This document shows, one piece after another, positions 10,512-22,800 of a stretch of DNA of 64,000 nt. Within the stretch, counting starts at the first letter, position 1. Each line of letters starts with the position of its first letter. The stretch lies in assembly GCF_964204645.1 (NCBI RefSeq), contig NC_134025.1, positions 23,664,299-23,728,298 of the forward strand, given 5' to 3'. The translations under genes and the position numbers were made by a program. The stretch comes from Tubulanus polymorphus. Its lineage: Eukaryota; Animalia; Nemertea. Under the pieces are notes generated by a model. That model did not search any database and was not told the DNA's origin. It was given only the letters and a program-made list of their open reading frames with translations.

Positions 10512-11267
10512 GCTATCTTGTAAGTATATCTCAGTAATTTAATATTTCACTTTTCCATTCTAATTCGTCTATTCAATATCTATCTAATCTGTGCAGGGAA
10601 AGGATGAAATCCTGGTGGTCAATTGGTTTGTTATCTAACTCCCTGGGTGTATGGAACACCCCAACGTACTTGAGACGGAAATAGTGGCGTGTCCTATCGA
10701 GCGACTACAAGAGTCGGGACAGAATTCGAATAATGTTACACATTGAACTTTTTTTATAATGTCATAATATCAGAAAAATACATTTATATACATTTATAGT
10801 TTTTCACGAACTACACTTTGTTTCGTCATTTTTTAACAAAAGGCTGTTTATCTTCTGAAATCGGTATATCTGAGAGGAATATCCGGGGAATATGAGAGGA
10901 TCTAAAAAAGCCAGCACAAAGCAACAATCTTCTAGTAGAAATGACGATTTTTGTGGAATCTTGCTTCCGGTATTTCCCACCATTCGACGGAAAAGATGCA
11001 TTCGTTTAAAATTATGTTAACGTTGCATTGATAATTACATGTGATGAGTGTCAAGTAAATATTTATTGCCAAAGTCGGCACGATTTCGACCCGCAGATAA
11101 CCTGCATCCGGCATTTCCGGTCATTTTGGACAGAGAATTACCCAGTTTGTACCATCGACGATGCGACAGTTCTTCAAAGTAATTAAGCCTTAAAATGAAT
11201 GGTAAATACGTAATGGCCCATGATAATCGTGTGAGTAGTGACAATTACGCAAAATTTGATCATGTGG

Positions 11268-11302
11268 TATATAAGCACGCGTAGAATCATTGCTGGTCAT
11301 TT
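11268..11302 (+). promoter_or_regulatory. TATA box + initiator of antistasin-like gene 1
   Basis: TATATAAG at 11268 and TCATTT at 11297 (~30 nt spacing), ATG at 11326. Confidence 0.6.
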
Positions 11303-11325
11303 CACTTTTCTACAACGAAGGAACA

Positions 11326-13210
11326 ATGAAGTTTTTCATCGTGTTTGCCGTGATCGTAGTTGCTGCCCAGGGTAAGTTTTAAGTTACTCACATCTGAAAT
11401 GTCTTGATATGAAAGAAATGGCTGCGCTTTGGCATTTATCTTGTCTATACATGTACTATGATATTTATGTTCGACGTTGTAACATCGATGTTCGTTATAA
11501 CTTCAAAATATTTCGAACACCAACAGGCTGTCCAGATTTTATGTGCATGATGCATTGTGAACACGGTTTCCAAAAGGGACCTGATGGTTGCGATATTTGT
11601 TTATGTAACGAGGAACCAGGTAAACATTATTACAGTCTTTATCCAATGATGTCACTTGAAATATTGTTACATCTACATAGAAATTGTCATTGAAATTAAA
11701 TCTACTTTCTATTCTATTTGCTCGTGTTCTTCACGGATACATTAGAAAAGAGAAGTAAGTTTCATATCACAGAGATCTAATAAGACGATTGGTAAATTCC
11801 ACTTCTTTACATATGAATGTATGAATAACTGTTTCTAATTCCAGGCTGCCCAGATGTAATGTGTATGGTGCATTGCGAGCACGGGTTCCAGAAGGGACCT
11901 GACGGCTGTGACACATGTCAATGTCACGACGAACCAGGTATGTATAATTCAATATTCTTATTTTGACGACGATACAATAATAATGACGCGTGGAAGTACT
12001 TAATGAATCATCCATCTTTTTTCTTTTTTACACAGCTGCATTAGAAAAGCGAAGTAAGTTTATTATCCTTGTAATAAAAAAAATGGTCATAATGGTGGTA
12101 ATCGGAACTTGCGTTTTACATTGACTTGCTTATATTTGATTCTAGGCTGTCCAGATGTAATGTGTATGATGCATTGCGAGCACGGGTTCCAGAAAGGCGA
12201 TGATGGTTGTGCAGTCTGCAAATGTAACGAGGATCCAGGTAACTTTGATTTGAAAATAATCAACATATTTCCATTTAATTGAACTTCCTCCGAAAATAGA
12301 ATCTCATTCACAATCTCATTCATATTTCGGGGCTTAATCGAGTGTATTTGAAATTTCAATAAAAACGCAAGATTTTTTTGCAGCTGAAGTAGAAAAAAGA
12401 AGTAAGTAGAATAATGAGCGATAGGATTTGAAGCCAAGGACGTTGCCCAAGCATTTTGAGTGTAAAATTCGGCTATTCATTTACTTCGATTTCATTTCTC
12501 TTAGTTATTCAAGATGTTTCCTCGATATGAATCGATAAATCCTTGTTTTTTTTTGTTTTCTGCCAAAAGGTTCAAAGCATTGTAAGACATGTAGAATGCA
12601 CTGTCCCCACGGTTTTGTAATGGGAGCTGATGGTTGTCCTTCGTGCGAATGCCGCCAGATTGAGTTGCCACCTTTACCTGAAGGTAATGTCACCAACACC
12701 TAGTTTTATTATATATTTTTCATTTTACATGCATATAGTTATGAAGAAAAAATGTTGTTAAAAACTTTCTTGAACTTTTTTAAACGGATGATAATTTCTG
12801 ATATTTTATCACATCTATCCGTTTAGAACATTGTAAGACATGTAGAATGCATTGCCCAAACGGTTTTGTGATGGGTGCTGATGGCTGTCATTTGTGCGAA
12901 TGTAAACAAGTACTACCTCCACTCGAAGGTATGTCGCATCACATTCTGGGACTTTCTTTATCTATCGATGCTTACGTCTATCCTTGTATCTAATCCTCAT
13001 GATTATGTTCAGTTCCAGCGAGAAAACCGTGTAGAACTTGTAGAATGAGATGTCCGTACGGTTTCGTTATGGGCACAGACGGTTGTCCAACTTGTGAATG
13101 CAAAGAAAGTCATCAATGTACGTATATATATCTACGAAAGGATCGTTTATGCAAATTCTTCTGAAGTTAAAATTCTCATCTTGTTTAATTTTGTTTTTAT
13201 TTTCACAGAA
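11326..13210 (+). CDS. Antistasin-like secreted polyprotein gene 1 (signal peptide + 6 six-Cys domains)
   Basis: Signal exon 11326-11371 (MKFFIVFAVIVVAAQG). Domain exons 11527-11619, 11845-11937, 12146-12238, 12570-12683, 12827-12928, 13013-13117 (C..CxxxCxxGFxxGxDGCxxCxC). KR micro-exons 12036-12053 and 12384-12401, plus 11737-11754 with a GG acceptor. Stop T|AA is split by the last intron. AATAAA ~13320. Confidence 0.88.
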
Positions 13211-13642
13211 AATCTAAGTGTTGATCTGCGTGTGTGACAATTTTCCAGTTCCGGTGCTCTTATAATTAATTAATCAAAAAGATCGTAAAATTCACACCAT
13301 TATGATATACATGGAATGAAATAAAGAAAACGTTTTAGTAAACAGATGCATTTTCTTAGATTTGTTTTGGTTGTTGTTAACCGAAAGCTCCATTATTATA
13401 TGTAAATCACCAAAGTAACAAGTGGAGCGATAAGAGGAGACACGTATTTATCGGTTGAAGAAAAACGTCAGTCTAGAGCTAATCTGATAAAAATAGAAAT
13501 TTCATTGAATGCCACTTTCATTCACCGAACTAATGAAATGGTCAAAGCCTACCGATAAACGCGTTGACCTGTTGACTCGCTAATGGAAACCATGTGTTAA
13601 CTTTTACATCGATTAAATTGATAACCAAACGATTGAAACTAC

Positions 13643-13676
13643 TATAAGTACTACCAATAAACTATGCCGGTCACTT
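13643..13676 (+). promoter_or_regulatory. TATA box + initiator of antistasin-like gene 2
   Basis: TATAAG at 13643 and TCACTT at 13671, ATG at 13706. Confidence 0.5.
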
Positions 13677-13705
13677 CCACCTGAAGGAACGCATACAGAC
13701 GGAAA

Positions 13706-15321
13706 ATGAAGTTTTTGATCGTACTCGTCTCGGTTATCGCTGCTACCCATGGTGAGTGTTTTCATATTGCCGTCGATAATAGAAATCTTTAGCTAAAGGA
13801 AACATTTTTTCATGAACTGTTTTCCCTACTGAAGGCTGCTCTGATGTTATGTGCATGATGCATTGCGAAAACGGTTTCCAAAAGGGGCCTGACGGTTGCG
13901 ATATTTGCGCATGTAAACCAGGTACGTTTATAAACATAGTTATCGTTTGAGGATCTGTCAAATTATTCCGCAATGGTTATACCTTCGACATGAGAAAAAG
14001 TGAACATGCATATTCAAAATAAATTGAACCGATTATTACTTTTCAATAGCGATATAATATCACCCTGAAAAGTTGATCTCGTCCATTGGCATCTGGTAAA
14101 ATGTACATAGATCTAATTTCTAATTGAAGTCTGCTCAGAAGCTATGTGCATGATGCATTGCGAATACGGTTTCCAGAAGGGACCTGACGGTTGCGATATT
14201 TGCGCGTGTAACGACAAACCAGGTAATTTTGTATTACTATTAGAGCATAGAACCAGATAAAATGACAGAAGGAACTGTTTTTCTAATACATGTTTCTTTA
14301 TCAATCTCTTTACAGCTGCAATAGAAAAGCGAAGTGAGTTTAGATTATCTAGATAATGATTATCTACATAACATTTAATGGTCATACGAAGCATAAACAT
14401 GGAAACATGACTATCACGTTTACCCATACGACTCAAAGCGTAAATGTCTATCATTCCAGGCTGCCCAGATGTAATGTGTATGATGCATTGTGAGCACGGC
14501 TTCCAGAAGGGACCTGACGGTTGCAGCGTGTGCAAATGCAACGAGCCAGGTGTGTTAAAATATTTGTTTGAATCAAGTGATTTTTATCCTTATTAATTGC
14601 TTTATCAAATTTCTTTGATTTTTCCAATCGTATTTATCGTCATTCTTTTTTATTGATTACAGCATTAGTGAAAAGAAGTAAGTATATTTATTAGCGGCCA
14701 GTCAGTCAAGAACTTGTATATCAATCTGACTACACTATTCCATTATAACGTATATTAAAAGGAGTTCCATAATTTCTATTTTAGGCTGTCCAGATGCTAT
14801 GTGTATGATGTATTGTGAATATGGATTCCAGAAAGGATCTGATGGCTGTGATATCTGTCAATGTAAAGAAATACCAGGTAAGTTCGTAGCTTCCGTCATG
14901 CATCACATTGAGATATGTAGTTTCTATTTGATTTCGTAATTTGCTGGGTACGAAATAGTCATCATTCGCTAAAGATTGTTTTCCGTAATGTTTTTGGGTG
15001 TAAAAAAGTTTTGCATCAGTACTTAAATAAGTCTTTTTCGTTGATAATTTTCGCAGCACCAAAGTTCTGTAAAACTTGTCGAATGAGATGTCCGAACGGT
15101 TTCATAATGGGCGATGATGGCTGCCCAACATGCAAATGTAAAGCAACTCCGGAAGGTATGTAAATAAAAGGTTATTATTGACACAATCTCATTCATATTT
15201 CGGGGCTTAATCGAGTGTATTTGATATTTCAGAATGTGCCCGCCGCCCAATGTGTAGAATGTACTGCCAAAATGGATTCATGCAAGGTCCCGATGGCTGC
15301 GACATCTGCAAGTGCAAATAG
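13706..15321 (+). CDS. Antistasin-like secreted polyprotein gene 2 (signal peptide + 6 domains)
   Basis: Signal exon 13706-13751 (MKFLIVLVSVIAATHG). Domain exons 13835-13921, 14130-14222, 14460-14549, 14785-14877, 15057-15155, 15233-15321 (TAG). Micro-exons 14316-14333 (AAIEKR) and 14663-14677 (ALVKR). Confidence 0.88.
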
Positions 15322-16882
15322 ACATTCGGGTACGTGGAGCGATCTGTTCGTGTTTCTTGTATGAAATTCTTCTTCGTAAAAATATCTTTTTCCTTCAGAA
15401 TTTCTTTCTCTGTATTTCCAGTCTCAAGATTCAAGAGATTCGAGTGAAAATCCCTGTGATTAATCAAAGTTTTTGTCTAATTTTTTCATTGTAATGAGAA
15501 ATGATAATAAACGAATGATAAAATGTAACATCTGAGTTTTTACGCGCCGATGGATATTTTTACATACACCTTCATCTCAGTTACGTCGAATCATTTCTAT
15601 CATTCATACAACTGTAGTTGTTGATTTCCAAATAATAAGAAACTCTAGATATATACTTCTCTAGTAATAAAAACAAAGTTTATTTCAAATAAAGAATTTA
15701 CATAATTGATAACACAATATTGCTGATAAGCTTCTATGGTTAAGATCGTTGGAAATTTAAAATCGACTGATAGTAAAATGGACTGGTGAGAAATGCGTTG
15801 GAAAGTGTCCTGTTGTTACGGCCAAGTTGGGAATCGACATCTCCATTATTCCTACGTAATACAACTGAATCATCGGCGAGTGAGCTGTTGTACTGAAAAA
15901 TTTGAATTTATAAATTGTAAGTTAAAATTGGAAAATCCGATTTTACAATTATTTGTATGTTTTATTACGTTATTTATTATGGAAAAATAGAACAAAATGG
16001 ACAATACTTCCGCTAAACATTGTCTCCATGGCAACGGAAAGCGAAATTTACATCTTAAACGAATTGATGATCGGTACTGCTGGCAAAGCAACAAATAGTT
16101 TAGCCATTAGATCATCGAAAAGTAACAACAAATTTGGTTTCTTAATTAGGATTTATTATTCCAAGTTATATTACAAAATAATGTAAATTCGAAATTTGTG
16201 TCAATTTTTCGAAATCCGTTGCCATGATTTCAGAACCATCCGTTCATTTCCTGTAAATAAAATTTCAATTGCGAATTCACAATGTCCATTCAGAAAACAA
16301 CGAAATTGATAAATGAATTTTTGAAACTCATACATACATAGCTTACCTTCTTGACGCGCCTCTAAATCCATATCCTCGATATCTGACCCTCAAACTATCA
16401 AATGTTTTGCGAAACAAACAAGATATTGCATTTTACATACCTGATCGGCGTTTTATTAAAAAGACAAAAAGGTCTACAAATACATCATGAATCGTTACGA
16501 TCAAATTGGACGCCGTCCAACAAAGTTTAGAGAGATATGTACAAAATGCAATGAATTTATACACGCTATATCATACTCCAGTAGTTGAAGCCTATGCTAA
16601 CCATCTAACGAGAGTGCAACTAGACTTCTATTCACCCGCGGTTAAAATCAATTGTCAACGAATTCCTTAAAATACATTCATCATCACAGTTTGTACGCCA
16701 TTTTGTACGCGATTCTATTTTCGTGATTGTCACCATAATATTCATAGCACAGTATATCATATATTGAAATTGTACAATAGCACTAAAAATCCCGGGTTTC
16801 ACTCCGATCGTCGGTAGGAAATATTATATCATTTGATAATATCCTTTGCGTAGAATCAATCCACAGGTGAATGTTTTCTTTT

Positions 16883-19800
16883 TTAATCACTGTGTAGATA
16901 CTTACTAAACGGATTCGGTCCTTTACGCTTCGGTTGCTTGGGAAGCTTCTTATCTGAAATGAAAGGAGGTACGGTAAATGATTACTGATAGTTCGTTGGA
17001 TTGACAAAAGTGGCTGCTAAGTGAATAGTATCGCACCATGTATGCCCATACAATCGACCCATTCGTCGATTGTGATTTTCTTGTTGTTATTCGCATCGCA
17101 GAATTTCACGAAATTTCTAGCGCATTTCCGTAACGATTTCTTTCCTTTCACGTCTTTGTTCGATCGTATTTCGAGTTTAAGATTTCGTCTTTCGCGTCGG
17201 TCGATCATCTGAAGAAGAATCGAAACGTCCAAATTCATCGATAAGTTTTATGAAATTCCCAAAGAAAAATGATCGCCCGAAGAAGCAGCACCGAACTTCA
17301 AGAGTAGACAGTATAATAAGAGACAGAAACCCTCACTCACGTTTTGAAAACATTAAAAATATTTCGTAAGTGCAACTTACCATATTATTATTTTCGTCCA
17401 ACATGTGAAGTTTCCAACGTATAGCCTGTTCCTCTATCGAATGTTTTGGATCAGGATCTGGAACTTTCCTGCAAAACAATATGTAAACTTTTCGGTACTT
17501 TAAACGTATGGAATTCAATGAAATAAATCAAATTGAATTCACGTTATCATAAAGGAAGTCACTCGGAATGCAGACATAAATCATCTCATTTTACTATGGG
17601 TTACATCAAAAGTACATAAAAAGGATGTATTTTTGCTTGCATATATTTCTGAAATGTATTCATTGAATCCAGTAGGTGTCTCACCTTGTACCGGTATTGT
17701 TGTTGGCATATTCAACCATATCTTTAGTCATTTTGTCTAACTGGGCGGTTATGAACCTTCTCCTGTGCACAGGTGGGCAATCTGTTGCAATAAGAATAAA
17801 ATAAAGAAGATAATATTAATTCCAATTCAGGTTCATTATAATTCGTATATATGTTACACTTATATGGACCTTTCATGATACGTATGTTGATGTTTTCGCA
17901 ACTCGGCGTTACTTTGAATGTTGATGTTCCGGCGATTGGTACGCCCGTATTTTCATCTGCACACCAGCAATAGCCAGTCGACTCGTGACACTGGGTCGAT
18001 TGAAATTTACCAGCCGCGCTGCATTTCGGTATGAATATATTACCATTCGGGTCGGTTCGATGGTTTTCCAGGGCCACTTTCCGTTCGTGCGCGCAATCTT
18101 TCGTTTCTTAATAAAAATGAGCTTTTTGTAGCAACATGTATACGTATATATTGCACGTGCATTTATATAATGAATACATTTTTTTTCAAACTAAAGCTGA
18201 GTTCTAGGATTCTTACCTTCGGTATTATCAGTATCTTCCTCTTCTTCTTCATCTGTTCCCACATCGAGCCAAGCAGCGGCGCCACCTGATAAATCTTTGT
18301 GTAAAAACGGAAAGGCATTCATCTCATTAAACAACATAATTTTGCAAATATCTTACAATAAAGAAATCATTAATCTAGTCACTAATAGAGGATGTACCTT
18401 GTTCATGTTGTATAGATAGTGTTGTGCCCGAAGTAACTATTCGTCTTAAACAAATTATATTTCTAGGAGTGAAGTGCTTTGTGAAAACTAGCTTTTTACT
18501 ATTCTGATGAACTCAGAGCTCATTTTAAATCTTACTCATATTTTACCGAATGTGTATATATATTTTTTCAACTTCACAGTCGACGAGGAAAATCTGGTAA
18601 ACTCTGCCTTACCTCCTAGCTTGCTAATGGTTGACTTCTTTTCGGGCGTGATCAGAGGTCGCGCGGTGACTTGCTTAACGTCTGAGTTGAGCGACAAAAA
18701 CAAGCGGAATGAAACTATATAAGACAGGTGTGAGGAGCCCTGTTCTAGTCGTAGAACAGGAAATATATTGCACTTATGCCCGGCCTGCTTTTACTGGTTA
18801 GCAATTACAAGAACAGATAAAAAGAAGACATTAGCAGCGATGTTAGCAAGCGAAAGCAATAAATTTGTTTGGTTCTGTTTATCATTCGAAACTGTAGTTT
18901 CACACTTTTGTTTTTCACAGTTTTGACCAAAAGAGAAAAAAATCTCCAAATTTTCTGTAAGTTGATAATTACGCACCAGAAAAACTATTCCGAGCAAAAT
19001 GCGTTTACGCCACAAAATCCAGTGTTCGGTGTTCGCAACATGTGCTTTTTACAATTGTTGTTATACACAAGCAAGCGAAGCAGTTACCTATTTTCTAAAG
19101 TAAGAGCGGGAATACGAAGATATTTTACAGAAAGACCCCACCACCGTCATTTCAGATACATACTCAGACAAACACGCATCCATTCGGCGATAAGAAATGA
19201 ATTTATATATTTTTCGATTGAGTTGAATAAACCTGAACTAATAATTTAATATTCACCACAAGCATCATAGGTCTTATCAAACAAAGAAGCATAAACGACT
19301 CAGGCTGTAGCTACGGAGAATTTTTTACATCATCTAATTATACATTCACATTCTAGCGAATATGGTTCAATTGGGTTCAAGCATTTGTTGAGATTAAGAT
19401 ATTTGGTTGTTTACTAATTCATCGTTACTCTGTCAACTTAGTTTTGGGTCTGGAATTTGCCGCACGATGTAAGCAATTTTTACGTAGTGATTTTGTCAAT
19501 AATGGGAAGGAAAACAAATATGCGTACATACACGCACGCACTCACACGCTCACATATACAAAAATATTGCACATTTCCCAAACGTTTTCTGCTTTCTTAG
19601 ATCATGCCCGGTTAACTCTGACCGCTACTTCGTGTATGACTGTCTCGGCTCGTATTTGAATTCTATTCTAAAACACTGCGAAGATGACTTACTATTGATA
19701 TCGACTCCAAGGCAGACGGACCATTCGCTGCGAGCTATGCGGCTGTCAGAATCTATATCACAGTACTGCATGAAATCGCGGGCACATCGTTTCGGTTTCA

Positions 19801-22800
19801 CGTGGCGTCGTATCATCCGAGTCAGTGAACGTATTTCAGACTTCTTCAGTCGGTTATCTCGGTTTTTATCCATCTCACTGAACTTCCATTCGATCACTCG
19901 TTTCTCGAACGTGTCTGCGAAATGTTATCATTATTTTTTTCCTCATTATTTCAAAGACAAGATTAATATCATTCGTACACACGTTTTATTTAATGTAATC
20001 ATCTGAGATTAAGATGAATGTTTACTCCGATATGAGGATTTGCGTAATAAAAAAGCTCTTGGGATTAATTTGTGAAACTATAAGACAATCGTGTATTCGA
20101 TGTTTATAATGCCAAAATTTCGAAATGATTAATTGTGCAATTCACCATCGTGGATTTATTCCGTTTGGATGGTGTTCACGCTTCAGTTACATGTTTACTT
20201 AGAATTACCTGTAATCCCACTTTGTTTTAATTTCGGTTGAGAGTCTTTCGGTAATCTATGATATTCCTTTTTAAATAAATTTACGAGATTTGAATTAAAC
20301 GTTGATCTATCGGTTTGGTTGCATCCTGTAAAGATAAAGTTCAATACTTTTCAATACTATAATTGGTAAGGAAAAATGGTTAAAATGTAATGCAGTCAAA
20401 ACTTGAAGACCAGGGACACCGTGCCCACTTGACAATCCGACAGCTTTAACACTGAACGCTCCCTGGTAAAATACAGAAACATGACCTCGAAACACGTCAC
20501 AAACACATCAGGATTTTGGCAAACACTACTGGCTGCAAGCGTGATTCTGATCAGGCCAATTTCTAAGCCGCCGATGTGTCGTCTGGACATGTACAAACGA
20601 AATATCAAGACAATCCATCGAAGCGTCTTCGAAACCTTTCAAAATAATTTGATTCCGTCTACGGACAGACAGTTGAACGAAAACTGAACGCAATAGCCCA
20701 CTTGGGGCAGCTAAAAACATACCCTTCTTTCCCTTTAAGCGTTTCTTTCTTTTCTTTCCTTGCTCTAGAAAAAAAAACAACAAATGCAAAATATAAGAAT
20801 TGTGAATTTCGAAAATATATATCGTAGAAAATCGGAATCGAAGTTTATTATGGTTGCTTTAGGGTAAAACTACCAAGGGAGTTGCTGATTACTCATCATT
20901 TCAAAGAAAATAGTACTTTTGCATTTTCGTGCTCGAACAACTCTGATTAGTCCAAGTCGCCCTTGCTGCGAAAATGAATGCTAAAATAAGTGCAGCTTGT
21001 CTGGCGATCGATCTTTCTCTGAGACAGACTACAAGCGGCGGTCACAAGATAAATCAAGATTTGATCGCGAATAGAACGTAGTTGTTCGAAAGCAGATCGC
21101 TATCTGCGGTCATACGTCGTTGACGTAAATTGCTTCGTAAAGAAAATTAGCCGGCGATATAGATTTCGAAATGGACGTCGGTTTATCATCAACGCCGCAA
21201 TAGAGCATATAACTTAATATGCTTATGTACGTACTAGAAGATGTGCTTACCAATTTCACCCGAGCTTAGCAAAAGCTACAGAGTGTGCTCTGCACCAATT
21301 CAATTCAATTCAAAATACAACAAACGCGTGTACTCGTGAAAGAATTTCCAGCTAGGCCACTTACTTTGGCATTTTGGTTTCTTTCCTTTTACTGATGTGC
21401 CTGGAATGGGTTTGCCTTCCTTGTTTACGCACCAGCAATAACCAGTGGCCTGGTGGCATTGCACCTTGGAAAAAGAACCATCTGCCTCGCAGTTCGGTAT
21501 GTAAATGCCCACAACTCCAGCCCCAGTCGCCCCATCGGACTGCTGTTGGCTTTTCTCAGCTTTCAGTTTCTCCTCTTGACAACGCGTTGGGTCTAAATGA
21601 GAACGAGAAAACTGACTGGCAAGTTTATTGGTTATCTTGCTAAATGATGTCTAGAATAAATGATATAATACAAATTGTATAATATTATGGACCAATACAG
21701 TTATTTCGGATTTCAATTGACCGGCAACGAGCGAAGTATTGATGACGTCGTGCACATCCTCTCAAAAATAATTATTGGAATTTATCAAAAATAGAATAAG
21801 GGTTACGAAATATATCTAATTAGAAAATAAACACCAAAATTCACAATTGCAATTGTTATTTTGAAACGCCAATATTGATGACGTAGTGCACGTCGCCTCA
21901 TACAGAACCTCTTAAGTAACGCATACTAGGTATATATACAAACATTATTCTAACGGTTTTTATAGCGTCAGAAAATTAGAAGATATCTTTTTGACTATAG
22001 CATTTCATTCCATAATTCTAGGTGAATATTTTTTTAAACATGTATAAGTGGACTAAATTGTCTCGGTCGAACCAACTCGCAGGTGGCGAGGTATATTGTA
22101 GCGAATAGAAATATTATGACGAATAGAATATAAACGGATTAGTCGTAGATTTTCGATTTGGAAATTTCATTATGTGAAATGTCATCTTTTGACGCAACTT
22201 AAACAAAATGCAGGTGTACATTTCGTGTGTGTGTGTGTATGTGACTGAGCAATATCTATGGACATTTCAAGTAGTTCTGAATAAGATCTTTAACTCGAGT
22301 GGTCGTGCTGGCAACAATACTCATTTCGAGTGATTAATTTGTGATGTGAACATTTCGTGGTTGAAGTGTGCAACCCGAACGTGAAATTATGCGCAATCTA
22401 TAGACATAGACATGACGTGATCCACAAAACCGAACCAAACCAGCACCTGCACGATAATGGCCCTATTTGATTGTTTCAGCGTCGTACGGGACATGCAAAG
22501 ATCAAGCGCAAAACTTGAACGTGAGTTTAGTGTTTTTTTCGATGAAAGGTTGAGATTTCTTACAAGTCAACACGTCTGTCTGTACCGAAAAAATTGCGAT
22601 TTCACGAGATTTTTATACAGGTGGCCTAAAAGCTGAAATGGCACATCCTTCTTAGAATCGTTCAACGGTGAATAGAATTGTACATCGTTTATTTCTAGTT
22701 TTTAAGAGGACGCTCGACTTCAATTGAAATCGGGTTCATGGGAATGTGAGAACTTACAATATGGCATTACATAATCTAAAAAGGACATTATGATTCAGAA

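Noticed and set aside
14050-14095. Possible extra exon in antistasin-like gene 2
   Set aside because: In-frame TAA in the required phase, and length not a multiple of 3
21251-21289. Possible additional SMOC micro-exon (good donor at 21250)
   Set aside because: Candidate acceptors give either a frameshift or an in-frame stop
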